A stretch of DNA of 64,000 nucleotides from Asterias rubens (lineage: Eukaryota). Positions 62,849 through 64,000 of the stretch are shown one piece after another. Below the pieces are notes generated by a model, which did no database searches, had not been told where the DNA came from, and worked only from the letters and a program-made list of their open reading frames with translations. The position numbers and the translations under genes were made by a program. Location of the stretch: the NCBI RefSeq assembly GCF_902459465.1, contig NC_047071.1:8928001-8992000 (forward strand). Direction: 5' to 3'. The first letter of the stretch is position 1. Each line of letters opens with the position of its first letter.

Positions 62849-62892
62849 GTCTCCTGACGATGACTAGAGCAAGCTAGTCGAAACGTTGAGAC
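62849..62892 (+). ncRNA. Minimal type I hammerhead ribozyme motif
   Basis: GTCTC (stem I) CTGACGA T GACTAG-agcaag-CTAGTC (perfect 6-bp stem II) GAAAC-GT-T (palindromic loopless stem III, GUU cleavage triplet) GAGAC (stem I'). Confidence 0.85.
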
Positions 62893-63420
62893 CAATTCAG
62901 AACTGACTCCGCGGCAGTACAGTTAATTACGATCCTATAAGCTTAAGTAGTAGTCCAGTCTATTTTCTATACCATCCGCCCGGGTAATAGTTAAAAGCAG
63001 GACAGTTCTTTTCAGAGAAGTCTCCCGAACCTCCTACTCGGCGGCAGTAGAATAAAGCAAGACTGTTCCATAAAAACAACTCCACCTGGCAAGTAGATAC
63101 ACACATGGTATAACCGCAAACCAAATATACATTATAAAATCAAGCAATGAACTATATTGCTTCATAATTTTACGGTGTGATTTGTGATAACACCACTTAT
63201 CAGGTGAACACAAAATTAACATTTTGTGCGTGTTTTTTTAAATAACTGATTGATAGACTGAAACAATATAATTTCGAAATGTTCAACTCAATTCACAAAT
63301 CACACCCCCAAACTGAGTGAACAAATTGGAACAGTAAGAGAATAAAATCATTGATCAAGTTTACTGGAGGCAAACATAGAATGGAGGCTTGAAGCCGATG
63401 CTTGTGTGGCAATATGGCTG

Positions 63421-63678
63421 CACTGTAAAACTTAATTTTGCACTGTAATTTTGACAGTATTTTACTGTATTTATTTACAGCAGTGTATTGTATATTTGTT
63501 TTACAGTACAATGCCTGTAAAAAATACAGTAACTTACTGGCAGCTGAGTTGCCAGTAAGTTACTGTATTTTTTTACAGTAATTTATTTACAATAATGACT
63601 GTAAAAAAACACAGTAATTTACTGGCAACTCAGCTGCCAGTATGTTACTGTAATGTTTACAGGCAAAATTTTACAGTG
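63421..63678. mobile_element. CACTA/EnSpm-type MITE
   Basis: CACTGTAAAA...TTTTACAGTG termini and internal inverted TTACTGGCAGCTGAGTTGCCAGTAA units. Confidence 0.75.
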
Positions 63679-64000
63679 TCGGGACAGACACACATACATG
63701 ATAGGACACAAGGACCGACAGGGTGGACACAACTCATACGTCACACCGTAAAGACTCACAGATCAAAATTGAATAAGTTATAGCATGGAGGTAGGTTATG
63801 AGTGAACACAATATTATTTTGATGTGTTGTGGAGTTCGACCAGATTCCCATGGCAGCAAACATAAACACAGCACTGAATAATGAGATTGTTGAACCTTGC
63901 TCTGAAATTGAATTCAATGCATTAACCTGGGGGCAAGGTTGAATGTGATACAAACACAGCGCATTACAACAAAAGTAATAAGCAGTGCTTGTGGCATAGC

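Noticed and set aside
1-64000. Most 60-140 aa entries in the ORF track
   Set aside because: They overlap MITEs, SINEs or introns, often start at TTG/GTG, and recur as translations of the same repeat. The real genes are spliced and largely invisible to the track.

Overview
AT-rich, intron-containing animal genomic DNA. It is probably from an invertebrate deuterostome such as a sea star, but that is an inference from gene structure and repeat types. By hand I could splice four recognisable housekeeping genes: NUDT2-like Ap4A hydrolase (+, 5486-6694), NDUFS4 (+, 16595-21204), ARL15 (-, 28979-33430) and an RNF126/RNF115-like E3 ligase (+, 35580-46556). A fifth spliced gene (-, 14080-16531) resembles the fungal kinetochore subunit Cnl2/Nkp2, and its ATG lies only 63 bp from the NDUFS4 ATG. 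The rest is dense with mobile DNA: about 20 full or partial TTAA-flanked Kolobok-type MITEs, Harbinger-, CACTA-, piggyBac- and MULE-like MITEs, tRNA-derived SINEs, an L2-clade LINE with an unbroken RT frame inside an RNF126 intron, and a decayed Penelope-like element. A complete minimal type I hammerhead ribozyme motif sits at 62849-62892. The top leads are the Nkp2/Cnl2-like gene, the hammerhead, the NDUFS4-ARL15 microsynteny shared with human, and a SINE/LINE pair with matching 3' tails. I found no rRNA, true tRNA or CRISPR. All homology calls are from memory of the families; no searches were run.
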